DNA from: an uncultured Sphingobium sp.
Lineage (GTDB): Bacteria > Pseudomonadota > Alphaproteobacteria > Sphingomonadales > Sphingomonadaceae
Direction: 5' to 3'
NCBI GenBank assembly: GCA_964512265.1
Contig: CAZEHR010000014.1
Span: forward strand, 23,765-87,764
Length of the DNA stretch: 64,000 bases
Shown in pieces: positions 56,756 through 64,000 of the stretch. A model generated the notes under the pieces. That model saw only the letters and a program-made list of their open reading frames with translations, was not told the DNA's origin and did not search any database. The first letter of the stretch is position 1; every line of letters starts with the position of its first letter. Made by a program: the position numbers and the translations under genes.

Positions 56756-58195
56756 ATGGCGCTCAACGGTATGCCGCTACTGCTGCTGATTGACGACGAA
56801 CCGGCGCAAAAGCGGCTGGTTTCGGCGTTGGCGGCGCGTGCGGGCTGGCGCACGATCTATGCCAGCGATCAGGACGCCGCACTGGCCACGCTGGGTACGC
56901 GCGACGGGATGCAGCTCGATGCTGTGTTGATAGATCACTGGAATCCTTCGATAAAACCGGTCGATACGATTCGCCAGATCCGCGAGCGGCGCCCCTCGCT
57001 GCCGATCCTTGTCCTAACTTCGCAGAATGACGTGCTCGACGCGGTGGAGGCGATGCGTGCGGGCGCGAGCGATTATCTCGCCAAGCCTATCGCACCGGAT
57101 CGGCTGCTCGCTGCGCTCAATGCCACTCTGGACCGCGCTGACGAGCGATCGGGCGAGCTGCGCCCGCTGACCGAAAAGCTTTCCGCCCCGCTCGCTTTCA
57201 ACGAGATAGTCGGCGGCGCGCCGCATTTCCTCGCCGCGCTCGCCATCGCCGCCAAGGCAGCGCGCGCCCGCGTGCCCGTGTTGATCGAGGGTGAAAGCGG
57301 CGTCGGCAAGGAAGTGATCGCGCAGGCGATCCACGCCGCCTCGCCGCGCCACCGCAACCGGATGGTTACGGTCAACTGCGGCGCGATTCCTGCCAACCTC
57401 GTGGAGTCGGAGCTGTTCGGGCACGAGCGCGGCGCGTTCACGGGCGCGTTCGAGCGGCAGATCGGCAAGTTCGCCGATGCCGACATGGGCACGATCTTCC
57501 TCGACGAAGTGAGCGAAATGCCCCTGGATGCGCAGGTTAAGCTGCTGCGTGTGCTTCAGGACGGCGAGGTCCAGCCGTTGGGTGCGCGCATGCCGAGCCA
57601 CATCGACGTGCGCGTCATTGCCGCCACCAACAAGGTGCTGGAGCAGGAAGTTGCGGCCGGCCGCTTCCGCGAGGATCTTTTCTACCGCCTCAATGTCATG
57701 CACGTCACCGTGCCCCCCCTGCGGGAGCGCAGCAGCGATATCCCGGCACTGGCGCGGCATCTTCTCGCTCGCCTGGCCAGCCAGCATGGCCTCAAGAATC
57801 TCAGCATTACCAATGAGGCGCTGGGCCTGCTGATGCAGCATGACTGGCCGGGTAATGTCCGCCAGCTGCAGAACGTGCTTTTCCGCGCGGCGGTGCTGTG
57901 CGAAGGCGAATATCTGACGCCGCAGGACTTCCCGCAGATCGCCGCGCAGGCGCGCACGCAACGGATAGGCCAGCCATCGTCATCGGACACGGCCGATCAT
58001 AATGACGGTGGCGCAATTACACTCTATGAGCAGACCGGCCACATCCGCCAGCTCGCAGACATCGAGGCGGACGTTATCCGCCTCGCCATCGGCCATTATC
58101 GCGGGCGGATGACGGAAGTCGCTCGGCGCCTCGGCATCGGCCGCTCAACGCTCTATCGCAAGCTGACCGAGCTGGGTATCGACAACGTCGCGTAG
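56756..58195 (+). CDS. Sigma54-dependent response regulator (TacA-like NtrC family)
   Basis: Receiver domain, GESGVGKE, ESELFGHERGAFTGA, WPGNVRQLQN, ARRLGIGRSTLYRKL. Confidence 0.9.
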   Translation: MALNGMPLLLLIDDEPAQKRLVSALAARAGWRTIYASDQDAALATLGTRDGMQLDAVLIDHWNPSIKPVDTIRQIRERRPSLPILVLTSQNDVLDAVEAMRAGASDYLAKPIAPDRLLAALNATLDRADERSGELRPLTEKLSAPLAFNEIVGGAPHFLAALAIAAKAARARVPVLIEGESGVGKEVIAQAIHAASPRHRNRMVTVNCGAIPANLVESELFGHERGAFTGAFERQIGKFADADMGTIFLDEVSEMPLDAQVKLLRVLQDGEVQPLGARMPSHIDVRVIAATNKVLEQEVAAGRFREDLFYRLNVMHVTVPPLRERSSDIPALARHLLARLASQHGLKNLSITNEALGLLMQHDWPGNVRQLQNVLFRAAVLCEGEYLTPQDFPQIAAQARTQRIGQPSSSDTADHNDGGAITLYEQTGHIRQLADIEADVIRLAIGHYRGRMTEVARRLGIGRSTLYRKLTELGIDNVA

Positions 58196-58213
58196 CCCCG
58201 CTCGTCTCACCGC

Positions 58214-60028
58214 TTAATAGACACGCGCCTTGGGCTTGATATAGTCCACGTCGTCAGTGAGCGTATAGTCGTGCACCGGGCGGTAATCGAGCGTCACCTT
58301 CCCGCCGTTTCCGCCCCAGCCCTCGAACCAGCTGACTGTGTGCTTCATCCAGTTGGCGTCGTCGCGGTTGGGGAAGTCCTCGTGCGCGTGGGCGCCGCGC
58401 GATTCCTTGCGGGCTTCAGCGCCGACCATGGTGCAGACCGCTTGCGCCATCAGATTGTCCAGCTCCATCGTCTCGACGAGGTCCGTGTTCCAGATCAGGC
58501 TGCGATCAGACACGCGCACATCAGCCAGGCGCTTGTTGACCTGCTCCATGCGCTGCACACCCTCGGTGAGCAGTGCACTGTCGCGGAACACGGCGGCATG
58601 CTTTTGCATCGTGCGCTGCATGTCGAGGCGCACCTCGGCGGTCGAAGAACCACCCGCAGCGTTGCGGAAATGATCGAGCCTGCCAAGCGCGAGGTCTGCG
58701 CTGTCTTTGGGCAGCGGCTTCTGCGCGGCGTTGGGCTTCAGCGTTTCCTTGAGGTGCAGGCCGGTAGCGCGACCGAACACGACGAGGTCGATCAGCGAGT
58801 TGGAGCCGAGCCTGTTCGCGCCATGCACCGAGACGCAGGCCGCCTCGCCAACCGCGTAGAGGCCGGGCACGACGACTTCCGGATCGTCGCCAATCTTGGT
58901 GACGACCTGGCCGTGATAATTGCAGGGAATGCCACCCATATTATAGTGCACGGTGGGGCACACAGGCAGCGGCTGGCGTGTCAGGTCCACACCCGCGAAG
59001 ATTTTGCCGCTTTCGGTAATGCCGGGCAGGCGCTCTGCCAGCACCTTGGGATCGATATGGTCGAGGTGCAGGTAGATATGGTCCTTGTTCGGCCCGACGC
59101 CGCGCCCTTCGCGCATTTCCATCGCCATCGAGCGCGACACGACGTCACGCGAGGCGAGATCCTTGGCTGAGGGTGCATAGCGCTCCATGAAGCGCTCGCC
59201 TTCGGAGTTGGTGAGATAACCGCCTTCGCCACGCGCGCCTTCGGTAATGAGCACGCCCGCGCCATAAATGCCGGTGGGGTGGAACTGCACGAACTCGAGA
59301 TCCTGCAGCGGCAAGCCCGCGCGTAGCACCATCGCGCCGCCGTCACCCGTGCAGGTGTGCGCCGATGTGGCCGAGAAATAAGCGCGTCCATAGCCGCCGG
59401 TCGCCAGCACGACGGCCTGGCTGCGGAAGCGATGGATGCTGCCATCCTCCATGCACAGCGCGATAACGCCGCGGCATTCCTTGCCGTTCGGGCCGTCTTC
59501 CATAATGAGGTCGATGGCGAAATATTCGATGTAGAAATCCGCCGCATATTTGAGGCTCTGCTGATAGAGCGCGTGCAGCATGGCGTGGCCAGTGCGGTCG
59601 GCGGCGGCACAGGTGCGCTGCACGGGCGGGCCCTCGCCCATATTCTGCATATGGCCACCGAACGGGCGCTGATAGATGGTGCCGTCGGAGTTGCGGCTGA
59701 ACGGCACGCCAGCGTGCTCCAACTCATAGACCGCAGCCGGCGCCTCGCGCACCATATATTCGATCGCGTCCTGATCGCCCAGCCAGTCAGACCCCTTCAC
59801 CGTGTCGTACATGTGCCAGGTCCAGTGGTCCGGCGTGTTGTTGCACAGCGATGCCGCGATGCCGCCCTGCGCTGCGACCGTGTGGCTACGCGTAGGGAAA
59901 ACCTTGGTAATGCATGCCGTCTTGAGGCCCGCCTCGGCACTGCCCATCGTGGCGCGCAGGCCGGATCCGCCCGCGCCGACGACCACGGTGTCGTATATGT
60001 GGTCAATTATCTTATAGGCTTCGGTCAT
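58214..60028 (-). CDS. sdhA: Succinate dehydrogenase flavoprotein
   Basis: [33 protein letters not shown]. Confidence 0.99.
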   Translation of the reverse strand: MTEAYKIIDHIYDTVVVGAGGSGLRATMGSAEAGLKTACITKVFPTRSHTVAAQGGIAASLCNNTPDHWTWHMYDTVKGSDWLGDQDAIEYMVREAPAAVYELEHAGVPFSRNSDGTIYQRPFGGHMQNMGEGPPVQRTCAAADRTGHAMLHALYQQSLKYAADFYIEYFAIDLIMEDGPNGKECRGVIALCMEDGSIHRFRSQAVVLATGGYGRAYFSATSAHTCTGDGGAMVLRAGLPLQDLEFVQFHPTGIYGAGVLITEGARGEGGYLTNSEGERFMERYAPSAKDLASRDVVSRSMAMEMREGRGVGPNKDHIYLHLDHIDPKVLAERLPGITESGKIFAGVDLTRQPLPVCPTVHYNMGGIPCNYHGQVVTKIGDDPEVVVPGLYAVGEAACVSVHGANRLGSNSLIDLVVFGRATGLHLKETLKPNAAQKPLPKDSADLALGRLDHFRNAAGGSSTAEVRLDMQRTMQKHAAVFRDSALLTEGVQRMEQVNKRLADVRVSDRSLIWNTDLVETMELDNLMAQAVCTMVGAEARKESRGAHAHEDFPNRDDANWMKHTVSWFEGWGGNGGKVTLDYRPVHDYTLTDDVDYIKPKARVY

Positions 60029-60417
60029 GCCGCAGCGCCCCCCGTAAATGCGATTTTGGCGATGGCGAAAATGCCCAGTGCTGCCCCGCCGATTGCGTAG
60101 AAATTGAGCAGCATGATGGCGAAGAACTTCAGCCCGTCCTCATGGACGTAATCTTCGATCAGCACCTGCAGGCCAAGTTTCAGATGCCAGAACACGCTGA
60201 CCAGCATCAGTGCCATCGGCACCGCGACCAGCGGTTGCGCCAGCCAGCCGACAACGCTCTCGTAATCTAGGCCGGGCATCTGAAGGATCGAGAAGATCAG
60301 CCACAGGACGAGTAGCAGGTTACCCACGGCAGTGAAACGCTGGAGTATCCAGTGATGCGCTCCCGATTTTGCGGAGCCGAGGCCGCGCACGCGGCCGATG
60401 GAGGTGCCGTTACCCAT
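60025..60417 (-). CDS. sdhD: Succinate dehydrogenase membrane anchor
   Basis: [26 protein letters not shown]. Confidence 0.95.
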   Translation of the reverse strand: MGNGTSIGRVRGLGSAKSGAHHWILQRFTAVGNLLLVLWLIFSILQMPGLDYESVVGWLAQPLVAVPMALMLVSVFWHLKLGLQVLIEDYVHEDGLKFFAIMLLNFYAIGGAALGIFAIAKIAFTGGAAA

Positions 60418-60421
60418 GGTT

Positions 60422-60829
60422 TTAGATGCTCCCCGCAAATATCATCAGCCACACGGCCGCCGTGATGACGATGGCGAGCAGCGGCAACAGCACCGACCAA
60501 GTTCTGTTGGTCTGGAGCTCGTAGCCGGCGCCCACATCCAGCACGAAGTGGCGCAGGCCCGACAGCATGTGCTGGAAGAAGGCCCAGGTAAGGCCGATCA
60601 TCACGATATAGCCGATGGGGCTGGTGGCGACGCTCATGAAGGTGGCGTAGGCTTCCGGTCCGCTGGCGGCGGCGACCAGCCACCACACCACGCCCATTGC
60701 GCCGACGATCGCCATGCCGTCTCCCGTGATGCGGTGCAGGATCGAGATCGCCATGTGTGGACCCCAGCGCCAAATTCCCAGATGCGGCGATAAGGGCCGA
60801 TTTTTCGCGCCGTTTTGTGCCTGAGCCAT
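60422..60829 (-). CDS. sdhC: Succinate dehydrogenase cytochrome b556 subunit
   Basis: NRPLSPHL, SILHRITG, HMLSGLRHFVLD. Confidence 0.96.
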   Translation of the reverse strand: MAQAQNGAKNRPLSPHLGIWRWGPHMAISILHRITGDGMAIVGAMGVVWWLVAAASGPEAYATFMSVATSPIGYIVMIGLTWAFFQHMLSGLRHFVLDVGAGYELQTNRTWSVLLPLLAIVITAAVWLMIFAGSI

Positions 60830-60931
60830 GCCGGTCTCATTCCCCTGTAACAACCAGAATCAGGCTCCTTTAGCGCGCACTTCCCGCAGGTGCAAACCCT
60901 CATGCGTGCTGCGACGAGCTGTCGGTTATGG

Positions 60932-60947
60932 ATAATCAAAGATTAAC
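60932..60947. promoter_or_regulatory. CtrA-like box upstream of the MCP gene
   Basis: ATAA-TCAAAGA-TTAAC. Confidence 0.55.
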
Positions 60948-61015
60948 CTGTAACCGCTATGGTCCCTGAAAATCGCGTAGATATTTCGGAAACACATTGG
61001 GCGGATAGGACCAAC

Positions 61016-62353
61016 ATGCCGGTGAACGAGGCGCATTCGGCCAGTATCGACATGCGGGACAGGCTAGCGGAGTTTGATCCGCAGGGGCGGCTGGCTGCGG
61101 ATGCTCGTCACATCTGGGCCGTTATCGAGCAGGATACCGCCCCCGCGCGGGCGTTCTTTTCCCATTATGTCGGTCATTCCGGTCTGGACGCGCTTCTCTC
61201 GGGCGATGCGCTGGACGCGCTTAAAGCCGAAACCGAGCGCTATATGCATGTCAAATTTGTGGCGTTCGAGGAGACTGCCTGGGCGGAATCAGTGCAGAAA
61301 TGCGTGCTTCACGCTCGCAAGCACAAGATTTCGTTCCGCTCCATCCTCGCGGCGCTGTGCGCGGCGCAGGAGACGGTGGCGGACAGGCTGCGGGAGCGCC
61401 TGCCGGACGAGCATGCCGAATTCCATCGCTTGTTCCAGAGCCTGATGCGCATGGGCCTCATCGAGGCAGAGATGATGTGCGCCTATATCGCGGAGGAGCA
61501 GGGGCGCGAGGATATCGAAGATCGCAAGCGCTATGGCGAGCTTTTCGAACAGCGAATCGCCGGTGAAGTGGGCGATGCGTCGCGCTTCGGGGATGGGCTG
61601 CGCGAACAGGCGAAGCACGCTTCCGAGGCGACGCGCGGCATGCTGGACAAGGTTTCCGAAGTCGCGGCGGCGGCTGAGCAATCCGCGCTCGCCATGCGTG
61701 AGGCTGCGCACATCTCCGCTGGCCTCATCCGCGCCATCGATGAAACGCGCGCGCAGGTCGAAAACTCGGCCGACGTTGCCCAGCGCGCCAGCATACAGGC
61801 GGGCGAAGCGGTGTCTATGTCGGCCACCTTGTCGGAACATGCCAAGGCGATTGAATCAATCCTTGGCCTCATCCGCGACATTGCCGGGCAGACCAACCTG
61901 TTGGCCCTCAACGCCACGATCGAGGCAGCCCGCGCGGGTGATGCCGGGCGCGGCTTTGCAGTGGTGGCGCAAGAGGTGAAGTCGCTCGCCAGCCAGACCG
62001 CGCGTGCGACCGACGACATCGCAGGCAAGATCGCCGCGATCCAGAATTCCACACGCCAGTCCGTCGACACCAACCAGCGCATCCGCGAGACGGTGAGCGA
62101 CGTGCAGGACAGCGCCGAGCGCATCCGCCTCTCGATGGAGCAGCAGGCCCAGACCGTCACAATGATCACCGCCGCCGTCGACGAAACGGCTTTGGCGGCC
62201 GACTCAATGTCCGGCACCATCGCCGCCATCCGCCGCGATACCGAGGTGGTTGCGTGCGAGATCGACGATCTGGAGCAGGGCTTCGGTACGGCCCAGACCA
62301 TGCTGGGCAAGCTGCGTGAAGCCTCGAGCGAGTTCAGCCGCAAGGTTGCATGA
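61016..62353 (+). CDS. Cytoplasmic methyl-accepting chemotaxis protein with globin-like (protoglobin-type) N-terminal sensor
   Basis: [37 protein letters not shown]; no TM helix; helical N-terminal region; AGGA SD before 61016. Confidence 0.85.
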   Translation: MPVNEAHSASIDMRDRLAEFDPQGRLAADARHIWAVIEQDTAPARAFFSHYVGHSGLDALLSGDALDALKAETERYMHVKFVAFEETAWAESVQKCVLHARKHKISFRSILAALCAAQETVADRLRERLPDEHAEFHRLFQSLMRMGLIEAEMMCAYIAEEQGREDIEDRKRYGELFEQRIAGEVGDASRFGDGLREQAKHASEATRGMLDKVSEVAAAAEQSALAMREAAHISAGLIRAIDETRAQVENSADVAQRASIQAGEAVSMSATLSEHAKAIESILGLIRDIAGQTNLLALNATIEAARAGDAGRGFAVVAQEVKSLASQTARATDDIAGKIAAIQNSTRQSVDTNQRIRETVSDVQDSAERIRLSMEQQAQTVTMITAAVDETALAADSMSGTIAAIRRDTEVVACEIDDLEQGFGTAQTMLGKLREASSEFSRKVA

Positions 62354-62356
62354 TTT

Positions 62357-62506
62357 TTCAAAACTCCTCTTCGAGCGAGTTTTGAAGAGCCGCACCAGCC
62401 CTCTCCCCCACCCGACCTCCCGCACAGGGTATGATATGGGAGGCCGGGTGTGGGAGAGGGCTGGTGCCGTACATCCGAAACGTCAGCGCAGCGGCACGTT
62501 TCGGAT
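62357..62506. repeat. Composite three-hairpin intergenic element
   Basis: TTCAAAACTC/GAGTTTTGAA; GCACCAGCCCTCTCCC/GGGAGAGGGCTGGTGC; ATCCGAAACGT/ACGTTTCGGAT. Confidence 0.75.
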
Positions 62507-62512
62507 CAAACC

Positions 62513-63781
62513 CTAAGCCGCGTCCTCGGCCTGCTTGTCCTTCTCGGCAAACACCCGCACCGGCTCCTTGCGGCCGTCGACCACATCCTTGTCGACTACC
62601 ACTTCGGCGACGCCCTGCATCGAGGGCAGGTCGAACATAGTATCGAGCAACAGACCCTCGATGATCGAGCGCAGGCCGCGCGCACCGGTCTTGCGTTCAA
62701 TCGCCTTCTTCGCGATCGCGGTCAGCGCATCGTCGGTGAAGCTCAGCTCCACTTCCTCCATCTCGAACAGCTTGCGATATTGCTTCACCAGCGCGTTCTT
62801 CGGCTCGACCAGGATCTTCACCAGCGCCGAGACATCGAGGTCCTCCAGCGTGGCAATGACCGGCAGACGGCCAACGAATTCCGGGATCAGGCCGAATTTC
62901 AGCAGATCCTCCGGCTCGCTCTGACGCAGCAGTTCACCCGTGCGGCGTTCCTCCGGCGCGGCGACATGGGCGCCGAAGCCGATGGACTTTGCCTCCAGAC
63001 GGTCGCCGATGATCTTCTCCAGCCCCGCGAACGCGCCGCCGCAGATGAAGAGGATGTTGGTTGTGTCGACCTGCAGGAACTCCTGTTGCGGATGCTTGCG
63101 CCCGCCCTGCGGAGGGACGGAGGCCGTCGTGCCTTCCATCAGCTTGAGCAGCGCCTGCTGCACGCCTTCGCCAGACACGTCGCGGGTGATCGAGGGGTTC
63201 TCGGCCTTGCGGCTGATCTTGTCGATCTCGTCTATGTAGACGATGCCGCGCTGCGCTTTCTCGACATTATAGTCAGACGCCTGCAACAGCTTGAGGATGA
63301 TGTTCTCGACATCCTCTCCGACATAGCCCGCCTCGGTCAGCGTGGTGGCATCGGCCATGGTGAAGGGCACGTCGAACGTCTTGGCGAGCGTCTGCGCAAG
63401 CAGCGTCTTGCCGCAACCCGTCGGTCCGACAAGCAGGATGTTGGACTTCGCCAGTTCCACGTCCGCGCCCTTGGCGCCGTGGTTCAGCCGCTTGTAGTGA
63501 TTGTGCACCGCCACAGAGAGCACGCGCTTAGCCCGAGCCTGGCCGATGACGTAATCGTCCAGCACGTCGCAGATTTCCTGCGGTGTTGGCACGCCGCCAT
63601 CCTTCTTGCCGACGAGGCCGCTCTTGGTCTCCTCGCGAATGATGTCGTTGCACAGCTCCACGCACTCGTCGCAGATGAAGACGGTTGGTCCCGCGATCAG
63701 CTTGCGCACCTCATGCTGGGACTTGCCGCAGAAGCTGCAATAGAGGGTGCTTTTCGAATCGGAACCGGTCAGCTTGGTCAT
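62513..63781 (-). CDS. clpX: ATP-dependent Clp protease ATPase subunit ClpX
   Basis: CSFCGKSQ zinc finger, [11 protein letters not shown] loop, GARGLR. Confidence 0.99.
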   Translation of the reverse strand: MTKLTGSDSKSTLYCSFCGKSQHEVRKLIAGPTVFICDECVELCNDIIREETKSGLVGKKDGGVPTPQEICDVLDDYVIGQARAKRVLSVAVHNHYKRLNHGAKGADVELAKSNILLVGPTGCGKTLLAQTLAKTFDVPFTMADATTLTEAGYVGEDVENIILKLLQASDYNVEKAQRGIVYIDEIDKISRKAENPSITRDVSGEGVQQALLKLMEGTTASVPPQGGRKHPQQEFLQVDTTNILFICGGAFAGLEKIIGDRLEAKSIGFGAHVAAPEERRTGELLRQSEPEDLLKFGLIPEFVGRLPVIATLEDLDVSALVKILVEPKNALVKQYRKLFEMEEVELSFTDDALTAIAKKAIERKTGARGLRSIIEGLLLDTMFDLPSMQGVAEVVVDKDVVDGRKEPVRVFAEKDKQAEDAA

Positions 63782-63794
63782 TCCTGTCTTTCCT

Positions 63795-63835
63795 GACCCG
63801 GCCGGGGCACCACTGGGTTGCCCTTTCTGGCCGGG
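63795..63835 (-). other. Hairpin in the clpX 5' leader
   Basis: CCCGGCC-GGGGCACC...GTTGCCC-TTTCT-GGCCGGG. Confidence 0.4.
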
Positions 63836-63897
63836 CTAATGCGGCATCCTAGACCGCGATTTCCAAAAATCACAAGGGGTAGAATATCGCGCCGTGA

Positions 63898-63912
63898 TTA
63901 ACGCGCCCTTAT
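63898..63912. promoter_or_regulatory. Weak CtrA-like box between clpP and clpX
   Basis: TTAA-CGCGCCC-TTAT. Confidence 0.3.
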
Positions 63913-63920
63913 GATAGCCG

Positions 63921-64000
63921 TTATGCGCCGTCAGTCTCGGCGGGCACCGGGCGCTTCTCGAACACCTGGTCTACAATACCGAACGCCTTGGCTTCCTCTG
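63921..64000 (-). CDS. clpP: ClpP protease C-terminus (truncated by the window edge)
   Basis: Manual translation EEAKAFGIVDQVFEKRPVPAETDGA*, upstream of clpX. Confidence 0.9.
   Translation of the reverse strand, partial: EEAKAFGIVDQVFEKRPVPAETDGA

Noticed and set aside
60927-60935. One-mismatch DnaA box (TTATCCATA) in the sdhC/MCP spacer
   Set aside because: Single imperfect site overlapping the CtrA-like box in AT-rich DNA; not distinguishable from chance
62450-63796. 448-aa plus-strand ORF
   Set aside because: Antisense shadow of clpX
1-64000. CRISPR arrays, IS transposases, integrases, prophage genes, tRNA/rRNA
   Set aside because: No regularly spaced direct repeats or diagnostic motifs seen by eye; short RNA genes could be missed without tRNAscan or cmscan

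Overview
A 64 kb, GC-rich chromosomal segment from an alphaproteobacterium, most likely Sphingomonadaceae (Sphingobium/Sphingomonas-like; inferred from gene content and order). It is mostly core genome: purH, dnaE, purU, trpS, murJ, secB, mltA, ctaA, rplM-rpsI, ftsH, tilS, ptsP, lysC, ubiG, polA, pntAB, sdhCDA and clpPX. It starts inside a Caulobacter-style flagellar block (fliN | flgC-fliE-fliQ-fliR-flhB | fliX | flgI-flgJ-flgN-like). I saw no tRNA, rRNA, CRISPR array, transposase or prophage gene. The most interesting signals are: (1) a five-gene CDP-alcohol/polyol-phosphate surface-modification module (ABC flippase, TagF-like phosphotransferase, CDP-alcohol phosphotransferase, HIT hydrolase, LicC-like cytidylyltransferase); (2) a palindromic CIR/RPE-like repeat inserted in frame inside dnaE, one of four different palindromic repeat families in the window; (3) a candidate CU-rich sRNA behind a perfect FNR-type palindrome, with a second such palindrome upstream of a truncated haemoglobin; (4) a Zur-like box upstream of a MerC-domain gene; (5) several soluble, non-canonical sensory proteins (inverted MCP-Cache protein, globin-like MCP, stand-alone CZB, hemerythrin-like). 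All product calls come from motif recognition by eye; no database searches were run.
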